Source of the DNA: a virus
Length of the DNA: 64,000 bases
Reading direction: 5' to 3' (one strand)
Virus record (IMG/VR): IMGVR_UViG_3300044714_000124
Location: 5,577 to 69,576 of that record
Shown piece by piece: positions 37,745 through 46,865 of the stretch (position 1 is its first letter; each line of letters starts with the position of its first letter). The translations under genes and the position numbers were made by a program. The notes below the pieces were generated by a model. It saw only the letters and a list, made by a program, of their open reading frames with translations. It searched no databases and had not been told where the DNA came from.

Positions 37745-38659
37745 ATGCCCGTAGCTCTCGCCAATATTCGCTCAGAACTTCTGCCCGGCCTCTTCGATGT
37801 CCGCGGCTCCTACGACATGATCCCGCGCCAGTGGGACAAGGTCTTCCGCACTCATAAATCCAACATGGCGGTCGAACGCTCGACGCAGATGGCGTTCGTG
37901 GCGCTGCCGTATCTCAAGGACGAGGGGGCAGCCACTCAGTTCGACAACAACGCCGGCGAACGTTTCACCTGGGCGTTTACCCATATCGAGGTCGCCCTAG
38001 GCTACGCCATAACTCGTAAAGCGATAGATGACAATTTGTACAAGCAACAGTTTAATCCGACCAACCTGAAGCTCCAGGAAGCATTCGCGCAGTTCAAGGA
38101 AATTCAGGCCGCGAATATCCTGAACAACGGCACGACCTACAACAACGCCATCATCGGCGATCAAGTAGCGCTGTTCTCGACCGCACATCCCTATGACGGG
38201 GGCACCTGGGCCAATACGTCTTCGACGCCGAAGAGCCTCAACGAATCGACGCTGCTTGCCGACATGAGCAATGTCCGTGCGCAGTTCGTCAACGAGCGCG
38301 GCCTGCGCATCTTCTCGCGGGCGCGCCGGCTCGTGGTGCCGATCAATCTTGAGGCCATCGCGATCCGGTTGATGAAGACCGAATTGCGGCCCGGCACGGC
38401 CGACAACGACGTCAACGCGATCCTCACCTTGAGCGGCGGGCTGCCGGAAGGGCATATCGTGCTGGACTTCCTGACCAGCAACTTCGCGTGGTTCCTCACG
38501 ACGAATATCGAGGGGCTCATACACATGCTGAGGATTCCGTATGAGAGCGACTTGTGGGTCGATAATGTTACGGATAATTTACTGACAAAGGCGTACGAGC
38601 GGTACTCGTTCGGGTACAACGACCCGCGAGCCGCGTGGGGAGAGTTCCCGACCAGTTAA
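37745..38659 (+). CDS. major capsid protein
   Basis: ELLPGL, KDEGAA..FD, ALGYAITRKAIDDNLY, ALFSTAHP, RYSFGYNDPR. Confidence 0.9.
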   Translation: MPVALANIRSELLPGLFDVRGSYDMIPRQWDKVFRTHKSNMAVERSTQMAFVALPYLKDEGAATQFDNNAGERFTWAFTHIEVALGYAITRKAIDDNLYKQQFNPTNLKLQEAFAQFKEIQAANILNNGTTYNNAIIGDQVALFSTAHPYDGGTWANTSSTPKSLNESTLLADMSNVRAQFVNERGLRIFSRARRLVVPINLEAIAIRLMKTELRPGTADNDVNAILTLSGGLPEGHIVLDFLTSNFAWFLTTNIEGLIHMLRIPYESDLWVDNVTDNLLTKAYERYSFGYNDPRAAWGEFPTS

Positions 38660-38809
38660 GGTTGTATCGGTTCATGAGACATACATGGCGGCCGCGCGCA
38701 AGTATCAAGGTGCCTTTGCTCACGCCGGTCAGGCGCCGCAGAACGTTCCCCTCTCGCCCCATCGTGATTGGTTGATAGTGGCCAGTCCGAACTTTGGAGC
38801 CTAACCCCG

Positions 38810-40111
38810 ATGGGTGAAACCAACTGGCGCGGCCCGCTCAATGCGATGGGCTCTCTCGAAGTCGATGCGGGGACGACCGCGTCGATACAGCCGTTCGACG
38901 GGCCGAGCGGGTTCTATCAGGGTATCGTCTACCCCGACATTCGCGGCGCACCGTTTCCGGCCGAGGGCACGGCACCGGGGCGCGCATCCGGGTTTCTCGA
39001 CATTGCGTCGCAGTTCACGATCGATAACAAGCCGCAGGCCAATGCGACGAATGTGATCGCAACGTCGCAGGTTGCGACGACCTCGCTTGCCATTGCGCTC
39101 GTCACGGCCGCGCCGGCCGGGGCCAATGCGGGCTCGCCGCAATTGACGGTCGCCGTGCCGATCATCCCCAGCGGGACGACCGTTGCAACGACTGCGGCGA
39201 TCGCGATCGATTTCGGGTTCACTACGGGCACGACCACGGCCGCGAGTTCGACCGTCGTGGTCTACGACAATACCCAATTCACGTTGGGACAATGGGTGTT
39301 CATCGGCGGTGCGGGTGCCTCGGGAAACACCGCGGGCCTGTTCACCCAGGTGACGGCGATCGCGACCGCGAATTTCACCGGGATCAATGTGTTTCCGCTT
39401 CCGACCGGTTCGCTTGCCAATGCGCCGATCGGACAGGCTGCGCTTTACGGGTCGGGCCTGTTGCCGGCTCAGACGCAATTCGGTCCGGGAGCCGTCACGC
39501 CGGCTGCGATCAATCCGAATGTGCTTGCCGGCCTTTACAAGGTGCATAATCCGAGGGAAGCGATCGCGCGTAATCTATCGGTTACGCTGGTCACCGGGGG
39601 CACCGCGACTTCGGTTGGGTTCCTGGCGCTCGGATGGGATCTGTGGCGCCAGCCGATGAGCGAGCTGATTACCGTTCCGGCGACCACGTCGGCCACGACC
39701 GCATATGGCAAGAAGGCGTTCAAGTTCGTCAGTTCGATCACGCCTCAATCGAATCCGGCCGGCAATTCGTATGCGGTCGGTGTCGGCGACGTGTTCGGTT
39801 TGCCGATTCGTGCCGATGAATGGGAACAGACGCAAATCTATTGGAACGGCTGTCAGGTTCCGACCTCGCTTGGGTTTACCGGTGCGGTCAGCACCACGGG
39901 CTCGCCGGCCACCAACACGACGGGCGACGTGCGAGGGACGATCCAGGTTTCTACGGTCGGGGGCGGTTCGGCCGCCGCTGTTGCGACCGCGCAGGTATCG
40001 AACGGAACGGCCCGGCTGTGCGTTATTCAGAACGCCGGTGTGTGGAATCAGGTATTCGGGACGCCGATCAATACGGTGCCGATGTTCGGGGTGCAGAATT
40101 CTACGAACTAG
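38810..40111 (+). CDS. virion structural protein
   Basis: Thr/Gly-rich; GKKAFK, VGVGDVFGLP, ATNTTGDVRGT. Confidence 0.7.
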   Translation: MGETNWRGPLNAMGSLEVDAGTTASIQPFDGPSGFYQGIVYPDIRGAPFPAEGTAPGRASGFLDIASQFTIDNKPQANATNVIATSQVATTSLAIALVTAAPAGANAGSPQLTVAVPIIPSGTTVATTAAIAIDFGFTTGTTTAASSTVVVYDNTQFTLGQWVFIGGAGASGNTAGLFTQVTAIATANFTGINVFPLPTGSLANAPIGQAALYGSGLLPAQTQFGPGAVTPAAINPNVLAGLYKVHNPREAIARNLSVTLVTGGTATSVGFLALGWDLWRQPMSELITVPATTSATTAYGKKAFKFVSSITPQSNPAGNSYAVGVGDVFGLPIRADEWEQTQIYWNGCQVPTSLGFTGAVSTTGSPATNTTGDVRGTIQVSTVGGGSAAAVATAQVSNGTARLCVIQNAGVWNQVFGTPINTVPMFGVQNSTN

Positions 40112-40137
40112 AGTTGAAAGTTGAGCGAACGAAATGA

Positions 40138-40259
40138 AATCAAATCACGGTTACGTCGATGGATTACACCTATCAACACGGTGCCGATGTTCGGTGTCGT
40201 GCTTCAATGAGGCCGTGACACTTGAGATGTCACGGAAATCGAGTTCCCGTGATTTGATT
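40138..40259 (-). CRISPR. single-spacer unit A with a type I-G-like repeat
   Basis: Minus-strand repeat GATTTCCGTGACATCTCAAGTGTCACGGCCTCATTGAAGC (40240-40201), spacer 40200-40166, flanking inverted repeat AATCAAATCACGG/CCGTGATTTGATT. Confidence 0.8.
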
Positions 40260-40307
40260 ACTGGTGATATAACGTAAGTGTGCTAATGACGCAATAGGAG
40301 GACCGCC

Positions 40308-40679
40308 ATGAAGGGTGGCCATAAAGCGCATCACCACGGGCATAAGAAGGCTGAGGGCGGCCGCACTGAGATGAAGGTTTCGGGGAATCCTGACGTTTTC
40401 AAAGAGACCAAAGGCCCGGAATTCAAGCACGGCGGCCGGGCGAAGAAGCATCGCGCCAATGGCGGCAAGGTCGCAGGGGTGGCCGGTGAGGGCGGCGGCA
40501 AGGTCCTCGGGCTGATGACCGGAGGGGCCGTCAGGCCGCGTTTAGACCGTCCTGGACGCAAGATGGGGGGCCGGGTGGGCGCCGACAAGTCGCCGCTGTC
40601 TACGGCTCACCACGGGCATCCTGACGGGCATGAGACGCCATCGAGCAAGGACAGTTACGGCGGGACGCCTTCGGACTGA
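40308..40679 (+). CDS. basic low-complexity protein with xxGGxV motifs
   Basis: GGAGG RBS; FKHGGRA, RANGGKV, MTGGAV, KMGGRV. Confidence 0.65.
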   Translation: MKGGHKAHHHGHKKAEGGRTEMKVSGNPDVFKETKGPEFKHGGRAKKHRANGGKVAGVAGEGGGKVLGLMTGGAVRPRLDRPGRKMGGRVGADKSPLSTAHHGHPDGHETPSSKDSYGGTPSD

Positions 40680-40685
40680 GCCGTC

Positions 40686-40934
40686 GTGAGCAAGCTTACG
40701 GCAAAGCGGCGGAATGCGTTGCCGGCGAACACCTTCGCTGGTCCCGATAGAAGCTATCCGATTCCAGATGCAAGCCACGCCAGGAACGCGCTTGCCAGGG
40801 CTTCACAGCATGCGGGGGCTGATCTGAAGGCAAAAATACGCGCCAAGGTTCACAAGAAATTTCCGCAAATCCAGATGGCGATGGAGGGCGGGGCGGTCAG
40901 GGCGCGGATGGATCGCCAGAGATGCAAGACATGA
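40686..40934 (+). CDS. small conserved phage protein
   Basis: KLTAKRRNALPANTFAGPDRSYPIPDASHARNALARA. Confidence 0.7.
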   Translation: MSKLTAKRRNALPANTFAGPDRSYPIPDASHARNALARASQHAGADLKAKIRAKVHKKFPQIQMAMEGGAVRARMDRQRCKT

Positions 40935-40938
40935 TTGG

Positions 40939-41040
40939 TGGAGGATTAAACTTGATGCTGCCGCCAGCGAATAGGTTATCACGTTCGGGCTTCAATGAGG
41001 CCGAGGCGTGGATAGCCCCGGAAATCTGTTTAATCCTCCA
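40939..41040 (-). CRISPR. single-spacer unit B with a type I-G-like repeat
   Basis: Minus-strand repeat GATTTCCGGGGCTATCCACGCCTCGGCCTCATTGAAGC (41026-40989), spacer 40988-40954, perfect 13-bp flanking inverted repeat TGGAGGATTAAAC/GTTTAATCCTCCA. Confidence 0.8.
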
Positions 41041-41095
41041 AGCAGGATTGATACACCGACGTTTTCCGTTTGTCTACTGTTGACGCGGAGCGTTC

Positions 41096-41770
41096 ATGCT
41101 GCCGAATGTTATCACTTACTCTTTGATTGCGGCGTCCGCGACAGGTGTGGTCAATGCGGCGCCCATCCAGGGGCCGGGACCTCTCCCGCTTAATTCTCCG
41201 CAGACGCTTGCTCCGACGGGCTCCCTGGTCAATTCGACCACGAATCCGGTCGTACTCGATAATCAGCGGCGGCTGCTGATTACGACCTCGGGCAACGAAA
41301 GCAGCAATAAATTCACCATCGTCGGGCTCAATCAGAACGGCTTCACGACCACGGAAATAATCGTCGGGCCGAGCAGTTCGACGGCGCAATCGCTGCTCGA
41401 TTACAAGACCGTGATTTCCATCACGCCCCTTGCCACCACGGCGGCGACGGTCTCGGTCGGCACTAACGGGGTCGGCGATACGCCTTGGAACATCATCAAT
41501 ACCCACGACACGCCGGTCAATATCGAGGTCTCGACGATCCTGGTCACCGGGGCGGCGACGTGGTCGGTGCAATATACCGATGACGATCCGAACAACCTGC
41601 CTGCCGGCGTGACGGCGCCGCAGGCGTTCAATCATGCGACCATCGTCAATGCGACGGCGACGGTTGACGGGTCGATCACTTCGCCGATCTTCGCGAACCG
41701 GTTGCAGATAACCGGAGGAACGGGAACGATCAGGTTCATATCGCTGCAAGCCGGGATCAGCGGGCCATGA
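41096..41770 (+). CDS. virion structural protein
   Basis: Thr-rich beta-type composition; WSVQYTDDDP. Confidence 0.65.
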   Translation: MLPNVITYSLIAASATGVVNAAPIQGPGPLPLNSPQTLAPTGSLVNSTTNPVVLDNQRRLLITTSGNESSNKFTIVGLNQNGFTTTEIIVGPSSSTAQSLLDYKTVISITPLATTAATVSVGTNGVGDTPWNIINTHDTPVNIEVSTILVTGAATWSVQYTDDDPNNLPAGVTAPQAFNHATIVNATATVDGSITSPIFANRLQITGGTGTIRFISLQAGISGP

Positions 41771-42381
41771 GCGATCCGATGGGCAGTGTGGGGGGTTCCG
41801 CGCGGAAAGCGCCGGGCGATGTGGATATCGCCTTCGAGGGCGGCCCGCCGTTTGCGGCCCGGATCGCCCAATTGAGCACGCTCAAGGAAGCAAACAGCGA
41901 AGCGCTGGCGGAATTGAAGCTCGGGCGCAGCGCGCGAGCGGCTTATGACGAGGCAGCCCGGCTTCATGATCTTGCGGTGTCGGACAGGAATGATGCGGCC
42001 GGGGTTCTCGCCAAGGCAAAAGCGGACGCGGAAAAGCTGCTTGCCGATGCGCGCGATGAGGCGGCGAGCGTTCGGACTGAAGCCGCGAAAGCGGCTGATG
42101 AGATGCGCGCAGAAGCCGCCCGTCAGACAGCCGGCATTGTAGCCGAAATGGGGCGGCAGAAACAGCTTGCCGATGATGACCGCGCGGCGGCAGCGAAGCT
42201 CAAGGGTGATGCGCGGGATGTCTTGCGTGAGGCCGAAGCGAAAGCCGTCGAGGCCGGGAAAGCGAGGGACGAGCAGGAACGGCAGAGTGCCGCCGCGGTG
42301 GCATTGCAGGACGATCTGAAGGGGAAACACGCGAAGCTGCAAGCTGTCCTGCGGGATGTGATCGGCCCCGCGCCGGGGTAA
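41767..42381 (+). CDS. Ala-rich coiled-coil protein
   Basis: Heptad-like A/E/K/R composition. Confidence 0.6.
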   Translation: MSDPMGSVGGSARKAPGDVDIAFEGGPPFAARIAQLSTLKEANSEALAELKLGRSARAAYDEAARLHDLAVSDRNDAAGVLAKAKADAEKLLADARDEAASVRTEAAKAADEMRAEAARQTAGIVAEMGRQKQLADDDRAAAAKLKGDARDVLREAEAKAVEAGKARDEQERQSAAAVALQDDLKGKHAKLQAVLRDVIGPAPG

Positions 42382-42385
42382 TCGC

Positions 42386-42565
42386 GTGGACGCGCAAGGC
42401 AGCAAATCGACACTCGGCGGTGTCCTGTGGACGCTGCCGGCGCCGGCTGCTTATAATTCTCCAGGGATTGCCGGCCAGATTTCCTACGATTCCAACGGAA
42501 ATTTCTATCTGTGCTATGCGTCGAACATGTGGGCATTGTTTGTTGGCCTCTTGGTGTTTCCTTGA
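42386..42565 (+). CDS. short paralog of the following gene (59 aa)
   Basis: MDAQGSKSTLGGVLWTLPAPAAYNSPGIAGQISYDSNGNFYL versus MADAQGSKSTPGGVLWTLPAPAADDSPGRAGQISYDSSGNFYL. Confidence 0.6.
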   Translation: MDAQGSKSTLGGVLWTLPAPAAYNSPGIAGQISYDSNGNFYLCYASNMWALFVGLLVFP

Positions 42566-42580
42566 CTCGGGAGATTTGGC

Positions 42581-42838
42581 GTGGCTGACGCGCAAGGCAG
42601 CAAATCGACACCGGGCGGCGTCCTGTGGACGCTGCCGGCGCCCGCGGCGGACGATTCGCCGGGGCGCGCCGGGCAGATTTCCTATGATTCAAGTGGAAAT
42701 TTCTACCTGGATTATGGGCCGAATATGTGGGCCAAATTTACCGGAACGCTGATATGGCCGGTGCAGCCTTACGTCTTCGACTTTTCTCAGGTTGCGAACA
42801 GTCAATACATTCCGATACTTCTTGGCGGGTTTGCGTGA
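42581..42838 (+). CDS. small structural/fibre-associated protein
   Basis: GGAG RBS; P..PG.AGQI.YD..YL motif. Confidence 0.6.
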   Translation: MADAQGSKSTPGGVLWTLPAPAADDSPGRAGQISYDSSGNFYLDYGPNMWAKFTGTLIWPVQPYVFDFSQVANSQYIPILLGGFA

Positions 42839-42841
42839 TGA

Positions 42842-45217
42842 ATGGCTAGTTATACCTTCTTTACGGTACTCAACTCGGCCGGAGCGACAACCTATTTCGG
42901 CGCCGTCGAGAACGGTACCGGATTATTCAATCAATCGATTCCGACAAATCTATCCGGCACGGCGCTGATCGGTTCGTCTGTAATGGCGAACGCGATACCG
43001 TTTACGCTTGCGACGGATCAGCCGGCTATGCCGGTCAATCTGGCTTCGGTGGGTGGCGTTAGTTTTGGGTTGGGCCAGGCCGTCATGGCGACCTCGCTGC
43101 CGGTCGCCATAGCGTCAAATCAATCCGCAATTCCTGTTACCATTGGTTCGGGGACTTCGCCGATCGGCACGGCGACGGTGCTTCAAGGGACCAATCCCTG
43201 GGTCGTCAATCTCTCGCAAATCAACGGCACGGCGATCAGTATCGGCCAGGGAGTGATGACGGCTTCCGTGCCCGTCGTGATCGCTTCCAATCAAAGCAAT
43301 TTGACGACGGTGCTCGGCGCTGCTCTGCCGGCCGGCACGAACGCTATTGGTACAGTGTCGATCACGGGCGCGTTGCCGGCTGGGACGAATGCGTTAGGAA
43401 CCGTCTCCATAACCGGCGCGCTGCCCGCGGGTACCAACGCCATCGGCACGGCGACGGTCTTGCAGGGCACCGCGCAATGGGCCGTCAATCTCGAACAGGT
43501 TGGCGGTTCGACCTTGGCCTTCGGTCAGGCCGTGATGGCCTCGTCGATTCCGGTTGCGATCGCATCGAACCAATCTGCGATTCCAGTTACCGGCTCGCTC
43601 AGCGCGTCGATCTCCGGTTTTCAGCCTGGCAACAGCTACACGTCGCAAACCTTTAGTACCGCTGCCGGCACCATAGGGTTGCCGACGGGAACGACGGTCA
43701 TCGTCTATAACGTCGGCAGCAATTCGGTCAGTGTGGCGCTCGGGACGACCACGATCTCGGCCGCCACGACCAATGACCAGATTCAGGCCGGTGGGTGGCT
43801 CGCCTATGCGGTTGGTACCGCGACGACGCTGGGCGGCATTACGGCCAACAGCACGACCAAACTCGTGTTGTCCGGCGGTCAGGGCTTGCCTACCGGTGTT
43901 GGTGGGCTCTCCAGCGGCGGGAGCGGCGGTTCCGTTACCCAAGGAACGGTACCGTGGTTGGATAACATCTCGCAGTTCGGCGGCTCTACGGTCGCTCTTG
44001 GTCAGGGGGTGATGGCCTCGTCGATGCCGGTGGTGATCGCGTCGAACCAGAGCAACCTCACGACCGTCCTCGGTGCGGCAATTCCGGCCGGCACGAACGC
44101 CATCGGCACGGTTTCTGTGACCGGCGCGCTTCCTGCGGGCACCAACGCCATCGGTACTGCCACGGTGCTTCAGGGCACTGCGCAATGGGCCGTAAATCTC
44201 GATCAGGTTGGCGGCTCGACTTTGGCCTTCGGCCAGGCCGTCATGGCGACCAGCATTCCGGTCGCGATAGCGTCGAATCAAAGCGCGATTCCCGTCACCA
44301 TCGGTGCCGGCACCAACGTTATCGGCACGGCGACGGTGCTTCAAGGGACCAATCCGTGGGTCGTCAATCTCTCGCAAATTAACGGGACGGCGATCAGTAT
44401 CGGCCAGGCCGTGATGGCGACCTCGCTGCCGGTCGCCATCGCGTCGAATCAAAGCGCGATTCCCGTCACCATCGGGGCCGGCGCGAACGCTATCGGCACG
44501 GTCTCCGTGACCGGGGCGCTGCCGGCCGGCACCAACGCCATCGGAACGGCGACGGTCTTGCAGGGTACCGCGGAATGGGCCAGCAACGTCAATCAGATCG
44601 GCGGCGTGGCGCTCGCCTTCGGCCAGGCCGTCATGGCGACCTCGATCCCGGTCGCCATCGCATCGAATCAGTCCACGCTGCCGATCAACCTCGGGACCGT
44701 GGCCGGCGTCGCCATAGCGACTTCCGGCTTCTCAGGTGGGCTTGCGGTCGGCGGGTTGACGGCCGCCGGCGGGGCTCCCGTCGGCTATCCGCTGTGGCTG
44801 GGAGCGCAGGCACAGACCGGGGAAATCGCGACCTCGGCAACCGGCAAACTCATTCCCCTGGTCGCCGACAAGGTCGGGAAGCAGATCATTCTGCCGCATG
44901 CCAATCCTGAGAATTATACCTCCGGCAAGGCGGCTATCAACACGACGGTGGCGCAGCAAATCATCACCGCTGCCAACGCCACCAACCGGTTCTATATGAC
45001 ATCGATGCAGCTTGGTAACAGTTCGACCGCTGCCACTACGATCCTCGTTAGTTTGAACGATCCTGCGCAATCGCAGTTCATTGTTCCTGGGGGCGGCGGC
45101 AGCAACCTGACTTTTCCTGTTCCGCTGGTGTTCGGGCTGGGCAGCGCTGTCCTGGCGACCTGCGCTGCGGCGGCAGCGACCGTGTATGTCAATGCGCAGG
45201 GCTATGTAGGGACGTGA
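42842..45217 (+). CDS. repetitive fibre-like virion protein
   Basis: Multiple GQAVMATSLPVAIASNQSAIPV and ALPAGTNAIGTV repeats. Confidence 0.75.
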   Translation: MASYTFFTVLNSAGATTYFGAVENGTGLFNQSIPTNLSGTALIGSSVMANAIPFTLATDQPAMPVNLASVGGVSFGLGQAVMATSLPVAIASNQSAIPVTIGSGTSPIGTATVLQGTNPWVVNLSQINGTAISIGQGVMTASVPVVIASNQSNLTTVLGAALPAGTNAIGTVSITGALPAGTNALGTVSITGALPAGTNAIGTATVLQGTAQWAVNLEQVGGSTLAFGQAVMASSIPVAIASNQSAIPVTGSLSASISGFQPGNSYTSQTFSTAAGTIGLPTGTTVIVYNVGSNSVSVALGTTTISAATTNDQIQAGGWLAYAVGTATTLGGITANSTTKLVLSGGQGLPTGVGGLSSGGSGGSVTQGTVPWLDNISQFGGSTVALGQGVMASSMPVVIASNQSNLTTVLGAAIPAGTNAIGTVSVTGALPAGTNAIGTATVLQGTAQWAVNLDQVGGSTLAFGQAVMATSIPVAIASNQSAIPVTIGAGTNVIGTATVLQGTNPWVVNLSQINGTAISIGQAVMATSLPVAIASNQSAIPVTIGAGANAIGTVSVTGALPAGTNAIGTATVLQGTAEWASNVNQIGGVALAFGQAVMATSIPVAIASNQSTLPINLGTVAGVAIATSGFSGGLAVGGLTAAGGAPVGYPLWLGAQAQTGEIATSATGKLIPLVADKVGKQIILPHANPENYTSGKAAINTTVAQQIITAANATNRFYMTSMQLGNSSTAATTILVSLNDPAQSQFIVPGGGGSNLTFPVPLVFGLGSAVLATCAAAAATVYVNAQGYVGT

Positions 45218-45221
45218 AGCG

Positions 45222-45599
45222 ATGCGCTTCACCGGTCATCGGTTTGGTGGCGTGATGGCTTCGATCTATTATTTGGCATCCGGCGAACGGATCGACTGGC
45301 ATCAGCACCCGGTCGCGCATTCTACCGGCGTTAGCGCCGGCCGCTCGCTGGTCGATGTCGGCGATGACGTTTCGCTTGAGATGCGCCCCGGCGATCCTGA
45401 CTACGAGTTACCGCCCAACATCAGGCACCGCGTCACCGCGCTGGAAGACGGCACCATCGTCGTGCACATGATCGAGCGCATTCAATCGGACGACCCGCCG
45501 CCGGTCGGTCCCGACGGCAAGCCGCGCACCCACGGCGGCGTGCTGCTCGATACCGGCGAGATCATCTACGATAATGATAACACAGGAGAACTAATATGA
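45222..45599 (+). CDS. cupin-like protein
   Basis: WHQHPVAH...PPNIRHRVTALEDGT. Confidence 0.6.
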   Translation: MRFTGHRFGGVMASIYYLASGERIDWHQHPVAHSTGVSAGRSLVDVGDDVSLEMRPGDPDYELPPNIRHRVTALEDGTIVVHMIERIQSDDPPPVGPDGKPRTHGGVLLDTGEIIYDNDNTGELI

Positions 45600-45818
45600 G
45601 GATGATTCAGTTTACTCCATACAATATCGCCACTGGAGCGTTGCAGGCTCCAACCGCGCGCTCTGATATCAGAATCGCTCAGATCGGCGAGTTTGGTTAT
45701 CAAGGTCCTAATAATTTTATTCGCGTTCCAGCGACACAACTGATCTTCAGTGACGGATCGACAGCATATTGCCAGGAAGCCATCGCGACTCTAGTGGCGA
45801 ACAGCTAAACAAGTTGCC

Positions 45819-46865
45819 GTGATGGCTGACGATTGCGAGATCATCCCAACGTTGCGCTCCCTCAAGGAGCGCGAGCGATTCAAGCCGGTGAAAATCCAGT
45901 TCGTGCTTGGCAGGCCGCGTAATCGGCGCCTCTATCACACTGTCGTCATCGGCAGCATCGCGGCGCTGAGCCTGTTGCTGTCGTGGGGCGTGATCCCGCG
46001 GATCAATCCAATCAGCAGGGACTTGCTCATCGGACATCATCAGCTCACGTCCGATCAATGGAAGCAGCTACTTGATCGCCACGATGTAATCTTGGGATTG
46101 TCATGGGCGTTTGCCACTAGCGGCTCTACCCTCACACTCGATCCGACATTCAATACGGCCTCGAACAACATCTACTGCATCGGGGCCGGCCGAGGCGGTG
46201 CTAATGGCGCTGGCGCCACCGGCGGCGGTGGCGGCGGCGGCGGCGCTTTCGCGACCTTGGCAAACTACAATTTGAACGGTCCCAATGCGTCGGTCGGCAT
46301 CCAGGTTGCCGGCGCCAATACGATTTTCGACACGACAAATAATGCTGTCATTGCAGTTCAAGGTGCTGCCGGAAGCGGTGCTACCGGTGGCACGGGGGGG
46401 GCCGCTGCGTCGTGCACGCCATCCACGGGGGCGTTCTCGGGTGGCACTGGCGGGGCCAGCGGTTCGGGATTGGACGGCGGAGGGGGCGGCGGTGCCGCCG
46501 GCCCGAACGGAAACGGTAATAATGGAAGCGCCGGGATCACCACGAATGGCGGCAACGGCGGCAGTGGTGATGGCGGCGTAGGGGGAAGCGGAGGGGCTGC
46601 CGGCTCGTGTAGCCCTAGCGGGGGGGGCGGGACTGAGTGGTCTGCGTCTCCAAACCGCGGGTCCGGCGGCGGGGGCGGCGGCGGCGCAACAGGCATTGCT
46701 GCCGCCGGGGCCGGGGGCGCGTATGGTGCCGGTGGGGGCGGCGGCTCGAAAACATCGTTGCAAACCGGTGCCGCGGGCACTGGTGGCCTGATCGCGGTCA
46801 GTTGGACGCCGGCCAGCGGCGGCGCCGCAACGCAGTTTCTGTCGCTGCTGGGGGTTGGCACATGA
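45819..46865 (+). CDS. glycine-rich virion/fibre protein
   Basis: Extensive GGGG/GAGG tracts. Confidence 0.65.
   Translation: MMADDCEIIPTLRSLKERERFKPVKIQFVLGRPRNRRLYHTVVIGSIAALSLLLSWGVIPRINPISRDLLIGHHQLTSDQWKQLLDRHDVILGLSWAFATSGSTLTLDPTFNTASNNIYCIGAGRGGANGAGATGGGGGGGGAFATLANYNLNGPNASVGIQVAGANTIFDTTNNAVIAVQGAAGSGATGGTGGAAASCTPSTGAFSGGTGGASGSGLDGGGGGGAAGPNGNGNNGSAGITTNGGNGGSGDGGVGGSGGAAGSCSPSGGGGTEWSASPNRGSGGGGGGGATGIAAAGAGGAYGAGGGGGSKTSLQTGAAGTGGLIAVSWTPASGGAATQFLSLLGVGT

Noticed and set aside
40138-41040. Solitary repeats acting purely as RNA anti-CRISPR decoys, or MITEs
   Set aside because: Each repeat is followed by a spacer with a cognate PAM-positioned site, and the flanking inverted repeats differ between units; a secondary decoy role is not excluded
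42386-42838. Diversity-generating retroelement TR/VR pair
   Set aside because: Differences are not adenine-specific and no reverse transcriptase is visible in the window
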